Assembly: GCF_018977255.1 (NCBI RefSeq) | Contig: NW_024704746.1 | Span: forward strand, 67,146,001-67,210,000 | Length of the DNA stretch: 64,000 nucleotides | From: Callorhinchus milii | Lineage: Eukaryota | Direction of reading: 5' to 3' | Shown here: positions 45,801-57,542 of the stretch, one piece after another | Numbering within the stretch: position 1 is the stretch's first letter | How the letters are laid out: every line of letters starts with the position of its first letter | Notes under the pieces: model-generated | Database searches by the model: none | The model's input: the letters and a program-made list of their open reading frames with translations, nothing else | What the model was told of the DNA's origin: nothing | Made by a program: the position numbers and the translations under genes

Positions 45801-47649
45801 GAGTGAAGAGAGGCAAGAGAGGGGAGAAGAAGAGTTCTGTACGTCTGAGTGATGACGAGTAAGGAAGACCGGAGACTTCAGAGCATGGAAATGTCCCGCA
45901 CAGTCAGTGGCCATTCAGCCCGTGGCAATAGTGTTGTTAAGAATAACTGCCGTGTTTCGCCCGCAAAATACACAGTCACTACACTTTACAGTATATTCCG
46001 TGAAGCGCTTTTAAGACGTCTCAATGGCGTGATGAGCTGCTATACCAAATGCAAGGATTAATATTCTTCTTCTTGGTCTTATTCTGCCAATAAAATCATC
46101 CATTCCAATCCCAATTCTGTGCTCTTTCGCCCAAGCTCTTTTCTCCGCACATACAGATATGAGGGAAAACCTCTGACATTTATGGCTCTCTCCCTACTCC
46201 CCAACAACCCCCCCCCCCCCCCCCCAAATAATTCACACCTACATTCACTTCCTCCTCCCGCCCTCACCCCTTCCTTGCTTGGCGTCTGACCCCATCTTTG
46301 TAAAGTGGTCCGAGACAAATTCAAAGGTTATTATTATATCATTGAGTGCGTCAAGGCATTTCAACCTGAAACCTGTCCCAAATTATATACTGCATCCCCC
46401 AGATTTAATCTCACTTGACATTTGGTCTCACAGGGCAAAGTGTGGCTGATAGATTTTAACCCTTTCGGGGAAGTGACAGACTCTTTGCTGTTCAGCTGGA
46501 AGGAGCTTATGTCTGGGCAGAACGTACGAGGTGAAAGCAGCGAAGAGGAGCCCATGGATCCGGTGAGAAATAGATACCTCGTTGGCCTACAAAACAGTCA
46601 CTAACTACCCCACCTCACAGCAAAATCACAGCAGTCATGCTATCAAATAAAATAATATAAAATAACCCGGTTGCTCGGCGATTGGTGGATCGCTTTTCCG
46701 GGGGTAAAATCCCTTGGAAAGTTTTTAAAATAATGATAATTTGCTCACTCAAACCACGACTGTTTGTGGAATTGGCTGTGCGCAATTGGCTGCTGCGTTT
46801 CGCCCACAAAATGTACAGTCACTCCACTTTACAGTATATTCTGTGAAGCGCTTTTGAGACATTTCAACGATGTGATACGACGCTGTATCAAATGCGAGGA
46901 TTATTAATATATACTCTGAGGCGCATCGTCAGTGTAAGAAGACGCAAAGTCAAATGCAAGGATCATTATTATTATTACTCACTATTATTGTCTTGTTCTT
47001 TCTCTTGTCTAGGATTCTCCAGCCTTCCGCTACACAAGGAGCGAAGTGACTGTACAGCCCAGCCCTTACTTAAGCTACCGGCTGCCGAAGGACTTTGTGG
47101 ACCTGTCCACAGGGGAAGACGCTCACAAACTGATCGATTTTCTTAAACTGGTGAGACTCTTCCCTTTGAGTCAGAAAAGGGACCCTTCAATCACCACCGA
47201 TTATTATTATCATTGATACCACGGCCCCAGTAGGTGGCGTTCTCGCCTCTGGGTCAGAAGGTTGTGGGGTTCAAGCCCCAGGTCAGGACTTGAGCTCGCA
47301 GTCCAGGCTGACGCACCAGACGTTAAACCTACATCGAAACTGTCCTTGCCAGGCTGCACTGGCTCCCAATTTCTGAACAGTTCGACTTCAAGTCTCTCGT
47401 TTTCGAACCCCTTCATGCCCTCACTCTCCCGATTTCCTCGCTACCCGCCCCCCCAAACCACCCCCCCCTCTCTGCCTCCGCTCAGCCGACTACGGCCTCC
47501 TGTTCGCCTGCGCTTGTCGTGTCCCAAACTATGTCCCGTATCCCCCAGATATCATTTCCTCCCAGAAATCTTATCTAATTGGTTCTTTACTCCTCTAACC
47601 TCGACAGTCTGTAAGTCAAGCACCAGAGAGTTCAGATGACGAGGTGTGA
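36776..47649 (+). CDS. CDC123: Cell division cycle protein 123 homolog (eIF2 assembly factor, ATP-grasp fold), spliced; exons 2-13, exon 1 not present
   Basis: Exons 36776-36847, 37698-37758, 38807-38839, 39246-39341, 41801-41907, 42702-42750, 44118-44193, 44303-44425, 45456-45484, 46434-46562, 47013-47150, 47608-47649 are phase-consistent. Motifs: [61 protein letters not shown]. Confidence 0.94.
37698..37758 (+). CDS. CDC123: CDC123 exon 3
   Basis: [20 protein letters not shown]; 61 nt; phase fits. Confidence 0.82.
38277..38610 (-). mobile_element. Dominant-family SINE, near full-length
   Basis: Reverse complement from (TAA)n-ATCCTTGCATTTGATATAGCGC to CACTGAGCTACAGGACTCCAC. Confidence 0.82.
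38807..38839 (+). CDS. CDC123: CDC123 exon 4
   Basis: [11 protein letters not shown]; 33 nt. Confidence 0.9.
39246..39341 (+). CDS. CDC123: CDC123 exon 5
   Basis: [32 protein letters not shown]; 96 nt. Confidence 0.93.
41801..41907 (+). CDS. CDC123: CDC123 exon 6
   Basis: [35 protein letters not shown]; 107 nt. Confidence 0.93.
41975..42262 (+). mobile_element. L2-clade LINE 3' fragment
   Basis: Decayed RT C-terminal sequence (..[16 protein letters not shown]..) followed by the CCCAGCTCGGGTCCAAATCCCTGACTGTCCAGC tail. Similar fragments at about 20640-20830, 22790-23050, 29235-29350, 33175-33335(-), 36910-37175, 43735-43990(-) and 52940-53245. Confidence 0.65.
42702..42750 (+). CDS. CDC123: CDC123 exon 7
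   Basis: [16 protein letters not shown]; 49 nt. Confidence 0.91.
44118..44193 (+). CDS. CDC123: CDC123 exon 8
   Basis: [25 protein letters not shown]; 76 nt. Confidence 0.93.
44303..44425 (+). CDS. CDC123: CDC123 exon 9
   Basis: [13 protein letters not shown]...IQYKFLDED; 123 nt. Confidence 0.93.
45456..45484 (+). CDS. CDC123: CDC123 exon 10
   Basis: [10 protein letters not shown]; 29 nt. Confidence 0.9.
46434..46562 (+). CDS. CDC123: CDC123 exon 11
   Basis: [22 protein letters not shown]...EPMDP; 129 nt. Confidence 0.93.
47013..47150 (+). CDS. CDC123: CDC123 exon 12
   Basis: [46 protein letters not shown]; 138 nt. Confidence 0.94.
47608..47649 (+). CDS. CDC123: CDC123 probable terminal exon
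   Basis: Branch point CTAAC and cgacag acceptor, then [13 protein letters not shown]. The acidic tail resembles the recalled ortholog end (..QEDD), but homology is weak. Confidence 0.65.
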   Translation, partial: SVSQAPESSDDEV

Positions 47650-48103
47650 GCCCCGACACTCTCCTCCACGGACAGTGAGCGAGGAAGAAGACAGTCAGCA
47701 ATCAAGCAAATCCCCGGATTTCCCCCACAAGTTGCCCTGTTCTGTCTCGGGGAGAGCGCAGCCCGGGAAACACCATGCGATATTTCATCTCTCCAGCCAA
47801 ACCCAACCGAGCAACAGACGAGCGTTGCTCGGTTGGGTTTGTTCTGAAGTGAATCCCTGTCGTACGTTATTTGCAAACGCACAGTCACTTACCCTTGAGG
47901 ATGTGAGCGGTTAGAGCACCCGCCTCGCAAAGCCAGGGGACCCGGGTTTGATTCCCGGGCGCTGTCTCAAAGCGCTTCACACCGTGACTGTGTATTTTGT
48001 GGGCAGCAAATGGCTTGAACCCACGAGCCTTTCTGATTCAGGGCGAGGCTGCCCACTGAGCCAAGGCCGAACCGACACCTTGTTGAGTTTTTATTGAAAC
48101 ACA

Positions 48104-48114
48104 AATAAATTAAA
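48104..48114 (+). terminator. Candidate CDC123 polyadenylation signal (AATAAA overlapping ATTAAA)
   Basis: aataaattaaa about 455 nt after the putative stop codon. Confidence 0.5.
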
Positions 48115-51100
48115 ACCAGAATTAGCCTCGGGCGGTCGTCCTTGAGTCCTTCGTCACAGAACGCAACACAAATATATTGTTTCATCCACTTGGGGGCGCT
48201 CACACTTTAGGGTAACATTTCCATTTTGTTTACATGGACATACCTATTAATAATAATAATAATAATCATCATCATCATCATCACCATCGTTGCATTTGAT
48301 ATTTGATATATCGTCTTATCACATCGTCGCGACGTCTCAAAGCGCTTCACAGAATAAAACCGTAAAGTGTCGCGACTGCGTGTTAATTTGTGGATTGAGG
48401 GACCAATTTTTTTCGAGGGATCGTTACCCCTGGAAAGCCATCCGCCCATCGACTAACATCCGGGTTCCTGCTTCCTGCTGGTAAACAGAGAAGTGCGTGT
48501 GTGTGGAGTAAGGAAACTTACTTAAGCTTAAGGTTTTTTTTTTTTGCCCTGACCAGGAATTGAACCCGGGTCCTCTCGCTCGCGAGGCGAGCGCTCTAAC
48601 CACTGAGCGACGCTTAACCACACTCACTTTCTTGTGTCTAAGCAGAGAGAGAGAGAGAGAGATGGGTCAATGTGGAGCGAGACGCGGGTCTCTTACGAGA
48701 CCNTTTTTAACAGGACCTTATCGCGTCAACGTCAAACGCGCTTCACAGGTAAATTGCTGTTAAGTGAAGTGACTGGATTCGGAGGCCAGTGCCACCGAGA
48801 TTTATCCCAGGGACAGGCGTGACCAATGAATCGTTTTTTTTTTTTTTTGAGTGTGTCCTCTGATTATTTTTTCCAATTTGACGCATCGCCTCTGGGCCGC
48901 AGGTCAGACCGTCTCTTACTGGGTCGTGGTCGCCCATTCAACCAAGTGCTCGTCTGGCGCTCAACTATTAGAGGCCGTCACGTCTGAGCCTGAACTCTTC
49001 GCCGCTCAGTTGTCGGACACACGCACACGCAACCAGCGAAACGTACTGAATCCTGGCACCTCCCTACCTCTCCGCTCGCTCTGCTTGCTTACTCCCCAAC
49101 CCACTACCCGCTCTGCCTCCGCTCGACTGGCTCCATCCTCCCGCTTGTCCCTCGTGACTTCCGTTTCCCCCATCGGAAGTCGCGCTTTCAGTCCATAGGG
49201 CCCTGGAACTGTCTACCTCAATCCCTCCGCCTCGCCCCCTCCTCCCCACAAAATTCAGATCGTGCCTGAACACTTACCTCTTCGACCGTGTCTACGGTCA
49301 TCTCCCCCTTCACCCCCCCACCCACCCCCCGTCCCCGTCCCCACCCCCTTGCAATTTTTATTCTTTTCCAATGAATTTCCAATTCTCTTTTGAAAGTTAA
49401 TGATAATAACAATTAATAATAATCCTTGCACTTGACGTCTCAAAGCGCTTCACAGGATAGAGCGTAGAGGGGATTGACTGCGTGTTTTGCGGGCGAAAGC
49501 ATCATTGGCTCGGCTTCCAGCAGCCGTCTCAGGCAGTGAGTTTGAGATCGTGCTATTCCTTATGCTCATTCCTTGTGGGATACATCAATTGGGCTCGTCA
49601 TCACACCCACCGCCTTTGCAGACGCGGGAAAAGAAGAGGAGGTGATAACCGGATACTTTGCTCCGTGAATTGAGTTCACAACAGCCTTTTGAGTTAAGGG
49701 TTGCACCTGGTCAGGAAGTTACCGGGTCTACCAAGTGGTTTAGGATGTGGGCTCGGCAAACTTCTCTATGTAACAAGCTCCCCCCAACAACCCCCCCCCC
49801 CGCACTCTGCAACCTCCCCCGAGCCGGAAGGACAAAGAGAAAGGAGGACACAACTTTCAACCAAGTCACCCAGAGATGGCCTCTTGCCACCTGCCAGGGT
49901 GAAGGATCCACGTGCGCGCGCACCCGCACACCCGCACGCAGCGGCAAGAGGAAGTAAGATAAAGACTTTCATTGCTTCATTCGGTGACTAGTTTTGCCGC
50001 AAAAAAAACTGTCCCGTTTATGAGGGGTTCGGTCCATATTGTGTTTGTGTGCGCTAAATGTTAATGATAATAATAATAATAACAATATTAATCCTTGCAT
50101 TTCAAATAGCCCCTCATCACGTCTTCGAGACGTCTCAAAGCGCTTCACAGCATATACTGTGAAGTGTAGTGACTGTGCGCTTTGTGGGCGAAAGGCGGCA
50201 GCCAATTGCGCACAGCAGCGTCCCCACAAACAGCCGTGGATTGAGCGACCAAGTTATTATTAACCAACGACAAATTAAATTTACGCAGCGCCTTTCATGT
50301 CGGGAGGACGCCCCAAGGCGCTGGACAGTCAGGGATTTGGACCCGAGCTGGCGGGTGGGATCAGGGGGGGGCGGGGGGTGGGGGGGGGAGAACGTGTGGA
50401 GTAAGGAAACAGAGGAACGTGGAGTAAGGAAACTTGCCTGAGGTTTCGCCCCGCTCGGGAATCGAACCCGGGCACTCTCGCTTGAAAGGAAAAGGATCGC
50501 AGAGTAAAGGGTTTGCAACCTGGGTTTGATATAGGGATGTTCAGAAGTCCCTATGAGTCTCTGACTGCACTGAAAGAGGGGCCGTGCGTCAGCTGAGACA
50601 CTAAACCCAGGTCCTGTATCCTTCTCGTCCCTCGCACCCTCCGCCCCGCCATTGGATGTCGCGCCTTCAGCCGCTACGCCCCGAAACTCCGGAACACTCT
50701 CCCTCAGTCCCTCCGCCTCGCGACCCCCCCTCTCCCCTTTCTCAAGTCCCACCCGAAGACCTTCCTCTTCGACCGCGTTGTCGCAAGTTGGTGTGTTTAA
50801 ATATAAATATACAGTATATATATATATTTCGGCCAAACTATATACAGTCAATTCCCTTTGTAGTAAATCCTGTGAAGTGCTTCGAGACGTCTCGAAGACG
50901 TGACAAGGCGCTGTATCAAACGCGAGGATTATTACATTTATATATAAAAGATTTAAATTGGGTTGTGGACGTTAGAGTTCCCGCAGCCTTCTGACTCGGG
51001 AGGCGAGAGTGCGATGAACTGAGCCGGGCTGACAGCGAGCGACTGAATTTGGGATGAGTCACCAGATGCGTTTAACAGCAACATATGCTGTGAACAATGA

Positions 51101-53319
51101 TGCGACAGCCTGGCTCGGTCGGTATCCATCTCGCCTCTGAGCCAGAAGGATCTTGGCTAATGCCCCCACATTGAGGGATCTTGAACTCGCAGTCTATAAG
51201 CTGACACTGCTGTGTTGGGGGGAGTGAGACATTGTCAGAGGTGCTATCCTTCGAGTAAGACATTAAACTGAGATCCCATCTGTCTGTTAAGGTGGATCTT
51301 TGTAAAGGAGAGGACCCCGGGGTTCGACTCCTGGTCAGGGCGAAACCTTAGGCACTTTTCCTTACTCCACACGCACACGCACACACACGCGCGGGCGCGC
51401 GCCTCTGTTTACGAAGCAGGAACCTGGTTGTTGGTCGTTTGGTTAATCGTGTTCCAGGGAGTATTAATCCGTCCCAAATAAAAAAAATGCGGTCGCTCAA
51501 TCCACGACTGTTTGTGGGACGTCGCCGTGCGCGGCTGACTGCCGCGATCCACCCACAAATATTATTATGATTATAAATAAACAGTGAACCCACTTTACAA
51601 TGCACATCCTGTGAAGCGCTTTGAGATGTCTCGATAGGGCGCTATATCAAATGCAAGAATTATTATTATTATTATAATACCCCTATGAGTTTCATTTTCG
51701 TTCTCTGAAGCACTTACTATATTAGCGCCGAGTCTGTATTACTGACAATTAATGTTGGTCTATCAGTTAATTTGCTGTGATCTCCCCAATCGCTGTCTGG
51801 TAACCTTAGAGGTATTGAACCCCCTCCAAACCTATTAGAGCTGCACTTATTATCCCAAAGCACTGACCACGCCTGCAGCGAGTGTTGTTATAAAGTATTT
51901 AGCTGTGAATGGCTCTCCAGAACCCAATCATTTTCCGGAGTATCCTCCTACACTGTTCAGAATTAACGCCAAAGGTATTTTGTATTTTCGCTTCAAAGCC
52001 TCTTTAACTCGCAGGTTAAACAAACCCACATGAACGCGGGTAATAGTCCTTTCGGGTTTGCACTTGATTCAAAAGCTCTCCGCGGGATTTGTTTCCCGGA
52101 CAGGGCAAAACCTTAGGCAAGTTTCCCTACACCCCAACCCCGCCACCCCCCACCCACCACCACCCCCACCCCCACCACCGCACGCCTCTGTTTACCGAGC
52201 GGTAAGTAAGTTAACAATCCCTTCCAAAAATAAATGAATAAAATAATAATAATTTGGTCACTCAATCCACGGCTGTTCGTGGGGGACGCTGCTGTGCGCA
52301 ATTGGCTGCCGTGTTTCTCCCCCCACCCCCCCCCCCCAAAAATACACAGTCACTCCACTTTGCAGCATATTCTGTGAAGCGCTTTGAGACGTCTCGAAGA
52401 CGGGGTAAGGCGTTATATCAAACGCGAGGATTATTAGGATTAGTGGCATTAGTATAATAGTATAATAAAGTATAATAATAATGATAATCTTTTGCATTTG
52501 GTATAGCGCCTTGTCAGGGCGTCATTGAGACGTCTCAAAGCGCTTCACAGGATACTTGTAAGTGGAGTGCCTGTGTATTTTTTTGTGGGGGGGGGGGGGG
52601 GGGCGAAACACACAGTGCAGAAATTACCCGTGAAGCACTTAGAAATGTTTTGGGAGCGAAAGAACAAACGACGAGGATTTTAACATAAATTATGCACACA
52701 GGGTGCCGTTTTTTTTGTTATAAATTGCCTTCCTCCAACGAATGGCTCCTGTCAAGTCAGAGTAAGGAGTTGGCAGCTAATAAAGAACTTACCGCAGACT
52801 GTAAAATACTACAATAATATTTGCAATTGATGTAGCACCTTATCATGTCAACCTTCTCAAAGTGATTCACACACTGAGTTGCTTTACTGTGGTGGCCAAC
52901 AAAACTCCGGATGAAATTCGACCGTATAGACCTGCCCATGCCCCCCTCCTGCCGTGCCCCACCATCAGCTCCTCTGCCCGCCCCCACCACCCCACCCACC
53001 CTTTGGAAATCCATCCCACTTTCAGTCCGCCTCGCCCCCTCCCTCACCTCCTTCAAGGGGCCCATCTCAAGACCCTCCTCTTCGACTGTACCATTGGTCA
53101 CACTCCTACCCCCACCCACTGCCCTCCCTGCCCTCCACCCCTCCCTGATCCCAACCCCCAGCTCGGGTCCAAATCCCTTGACCGTCCAGCGCCTTGGGAC
53201 GTCCTCCTGACGTGAAAGGCTCCGTGTAAATGTCATGTGTTGTGGTTGAAACTGGTCGCTCAGTTCGTGGGACCTTGCTGTGTGCAAATTGGCTGCCACC
53301 TTCCACAAATGGGCATCAG

Positions 53320-53740
53320 CCTGGCCCAGGCTCTCGCTTCTGGGTCAGAAGGTTGTGGGTTCAAGTATGTTGGGGGACTTTGAACTCGCACAGACTAGAC
53401 TGATGCTCCAACACAGCGCTGGAGGGGTGTTGCAGAGTCGAGGGCGCTATCCTTCGGATGAGACGTTAAACTGAGATCCAGCCCTGTGCTGTTCAAGTGG
53501 ATGTGAAAGATCTCACGGCGCTATTTGAAAAGGGTCCTGGCTGACAATCCCCCCCCGCAAATAAAATTGGTCATTGACTTCCTGGCTGTTTGCGGGGACG
53601 CTGCTGCGCGCAATTGTCTGCCGTGTTTCACCCACAAAATACACAGTCAATCCACTTCACAGTATATCCTGTGAAGTGCTTTGAGACATCTCACCGGCCC
53701 GATAAGGCGTTGTATCGAATGCAAGAATTCTCATGATTAC
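53320..53740 (+). mobile_element. Older Deu-domain-like (SacSINE1/AmnSINE1-type) SINE
   Basis: CTCTCGC..CTGGGTCAGAAGGTTGTGGGTTCAAG head and CTTCGGATGAGACGTTAAAC...GTGGATGTGAAAGATC core. Related decayed copies at about 12275-12420, 21435-21740, 45060-45170, 47230-47330, 51110-51300, 59500-59610, 60890-61050 and 62640-62790. Family name is from recall. Confidence 0.6.
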
Positions 53741-54199
53741 CATCACGGTAAATCTTGTGAAGCGCTTTGAGACTATCGATGGCATCAAACGAAGGATTAC
53801 TATCGTAATAAACCCTATGAGGCGCTTTAAGACGCCTCGATGGCGCGATAAGGCGCTGTATCAAATGCAAATACCATCGATTTGACAATCGTTTCAGTTG
53901 TGGTCTTGTAAAATAATTGAAGCGGGGGTGGGTGAGAGGGTAAAAGGTTGCAGGATATTTTTATTAAATGTTTTTGATGCCTATAAGATCCCATTACGTA
54001 AATAAGGCGGGTTTCTCTGTTGCAATGATGATACCACACAGTTCTTAACGTGATAATATCAGATCGACGGAATCATTCAGTTTCATATTGACTTAAATTG
54101 AGGTTGAAACACCTCAAATGCGCTCAACGGAATTTCTGTCAAGATATTGTGACTGGGTGTTTGTAGAGACAATGTGCAGCGCAGCATAAAAATAACTTC

Positions 54200-54765
54200 A
54201 GAGAGAGGTGAGAGAGAAATAGAAAGAGGAAGTAAAGAGAGAGGGAGAGAAAGAGAGAGAAAAAACAATCAGAGAGTGAGAAACAGAGAGAGAGAGAGAG
54301 AGAGAGACAATATCAGAAAGTGATCAATAGAGTGAAAAGCAGAAAGTGAAAAACAGAGGGAGAGAGAACTAAAGAGTGAAAATGTAGAGAGAGACAGTAC
54401 CAGAGAGTGAAAAACAGAAAAAGAGAAAAGGAAAAACACAGAGAGAGAGAGAGAGAGAAGGAAATAAAAGAGAGAAAAGGAAAAACAGAGAGAGAGAGAC
54501 AGAAAAAGAGAGAAAGGAGAAAAGAAGAAAGAAAGGGAAAAGTAGAGAGAGAGGAAGAGAGAGAGAGAAAAAGAGAGGGGGAGAGCAGAGAGAGAGAGAC
54601 AGAAAGAAAGGAGAGAAAAAAAGAGAGAAAGGGAAAAGCAGAGAGAGGAGAGAAGCAGAGGGAGAGAAGCAGAGAGAGAGAAGCAGGGACAGACAGAGAG
54701 AGGGAGAGAGGGAGGAGGGGGGGGGAGAGAGAGAGAAGCAGGGGGGGGGATGCAAGAGGAAGGGG
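54200..54765. repeat. Polypurine GA-rich tract
   Basis: About 560 nt of almost pure A/G on +. Confidence 0.85.
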
Positions 54766-54952
54766 TTAAGGTATCAGTCTCCCTCTCCGCTCACTGATAC
54801 TCTGTGCAATAGGCGAGTCCTTCCGCTGCTGCTGTTGGTGTTGGAGTCGCACTGCTTTGGCGCATTGCGAATTAGCCTCAGAGTGAGTGAGTGAGTGAGA
54901 GGGAGTGAGTGAGTGAGTGAGTGAGTGAGGCTGGTCAGCAGCCCTGAGCCTC

Positions 54953-54983
<31 letters not shown>

Positions 54984-56866
54984 GGCTATCTCTCTCTCTC
55001 TCTCTGTCAGAGGCTTTGAGGAGCAATGATCTGAACCGGCATCTCTGTCTATCTCTCTCTCCGACTGACTGACCTGTGGGTGTGTGTGTGTGTCTCTCTC
55101 TCTCTGTCTATCTCTGACTCTGTGTGTGTCTCTCTCTCTCTCTTTCTGTCTATCTCTCTGTGACTCTGTGTGCGTGTGTTTGTGTCTCTCTCTCTCTGTC
55201 TATGTGACTTTACGGTATATTCTGTGAAGCGCTTTGGGACGTCTGGAAGACGTGAAAAGCGCTATATCAAATGCAAGGATTATTATTATTATTTATTACT
55301 ATTATTATTATGTCTCTCTGACTGTGTGTGTGTGTCTCTCTGACTCCCTCTGATCTTTCTGTGTGTGTGTCTCTCTCTCTCTCTGTGAGAGCACCGTGTT
55401 TGTGTGTGTGTGTGTGTATTTTCTCTGTGTCTCTCTGTGACACACTCTATCTCTACACCTCTCTCTTACTCTCTCTGACACACTCTGTATCCCTACGTGA
55501 CACACTCCCTTTATCTCTCTGGATCTCCCTCTCCCTCTCTCTCTCTCTCTCTTGACTTTCTATCTCTCTGCACCTGTATCTTTCTCTCTCCCTTTCTCTG
55601 TGTGAAAGTGCTCCCTCTAACCTTCTGTCTGCTTGTAAAATTTAATCTTAATTTTATTTTATTGTGTGGGGAGGGGGGGGGGAGAGGAGAGAGGAGGGGG
55701 GGAAGGGGAAAAAAGAAATCCTATTTTATTATATTATATTATATTATTAACCATTTTCCTCTTTTTCCTCCCACCCCACCTTTATTTATTTGAAAAGAAT
55801 TATCAATTATTATTATTTTGGAGGGAGGGAGGGTGGGAGGGGGCTGATTTGAAGGGATTATTACCCCCAACCCCTCAAAAAAAAACTGGTATAAATAAGC
55901 AGCTGTTTTGTGTGTGTGGGGGGAGTGAAAAGATATTTATTTGAAAAAAATATTCATATTATCTGCTCCCCAACCAAAAAAATAAGGGGGTTAATAGGAT
56001 AGTGGGGGAGAGGGGGGAGATAGGGGGTGAGAAGGTGTGCTTTTTGCATTAAAGAAGGAGAAACACAGAGAGTGTGGGGGGGAGAGAGAGAACAAATAAA
56101 TTATATATATAGAGAGAGAGAGAGAGAATAAACCAAACTACAGCGTCCCTGGAGGTTGAGGGAATCCAGGAAGTCTGTGTGTGAGAGCCAGAGAGGGGGN
56201 NNNNNNNNNNNNNNNNNNNNNNNNNNNNNNNNNNNNNNNNNNNNNNNNNNNNNNNNNNNNNNNNNNNNNNNNNNNNNNNNNNNNNNNNNNNNNNNNNNNN
56301 NNNNNNNNNNNNNNNNNNNNNNNNNNNNNNNNNNNNNNNNNNNNNNNNNNNNNNNNNNNNNNNNNNNNNNNNNNNNNNNNNNNNNNNNNNNNNNNNNNNN
56401 NNNNAAGGATATAGGGAGAGGGAAGAGAGAGGAGGAGAGGGAGAGAGGAGAGAGAGAGAGATAATAAGCTGTGGGATGGGATGGGATGGGATGTGGTGGG
56501 TGAGTGGATGGAGAAAGGTCTTTAATTAAAGATTGGATTTTTTTCCCTCTCTCCTTTTGCATATTGTTCCCTCTCTCTCTCTCCCGTTGATGGTGAGTGT
56601 GTGTTTGGCTGTGAAATCAGTGGGAAGGCTCTGCTCTCTCTCTCTCTCTCTCTCTGTGGTGTGTGTCTGTACTGCGTCTTATTTGCGCCCTCTTTCCCTT
56701 CTCTGTGCCTCTGTGCGTCTCTCTGCTGNNNNNNNNNNNNNNNNNNNNNNNNNNNNNNNNNNNNNNNNNNNNNNNNNNNNNNNNNNNNNNNNNNNNNNNN
56801 NNNNNNNNNNNNNNNNNNNNNNNNNNNNNNNNNNNNNNNNNNNNNNNNNNNNNNNNNNNNNNNNNN

Positions 56867-57321
<455 letters not shown>

Positions 57322-57507
57322 TGAGTATATATATATATTTTTTTCTCTCTCTCTTCCTCCTCTCTGCAAAACCTTTAACTCACTCACTCACTCACTCACT
57401 CACACGTTATTTTATGTCAGTGTTATTATATATATAACTGTGTGTGTGTGTATTTCTCTGCGACAGTGCATTTGGAATATGTTATTTTATTTAGAGATGT
57501 TAAGGAT

Positions 57508-57542
<35 letters not shown>

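Noticed and set aside
50135-50851. 238-aa minus-strand ORF
   Set aside because: It is a mosaic of SINE and L2 fragments with no coherent protein.
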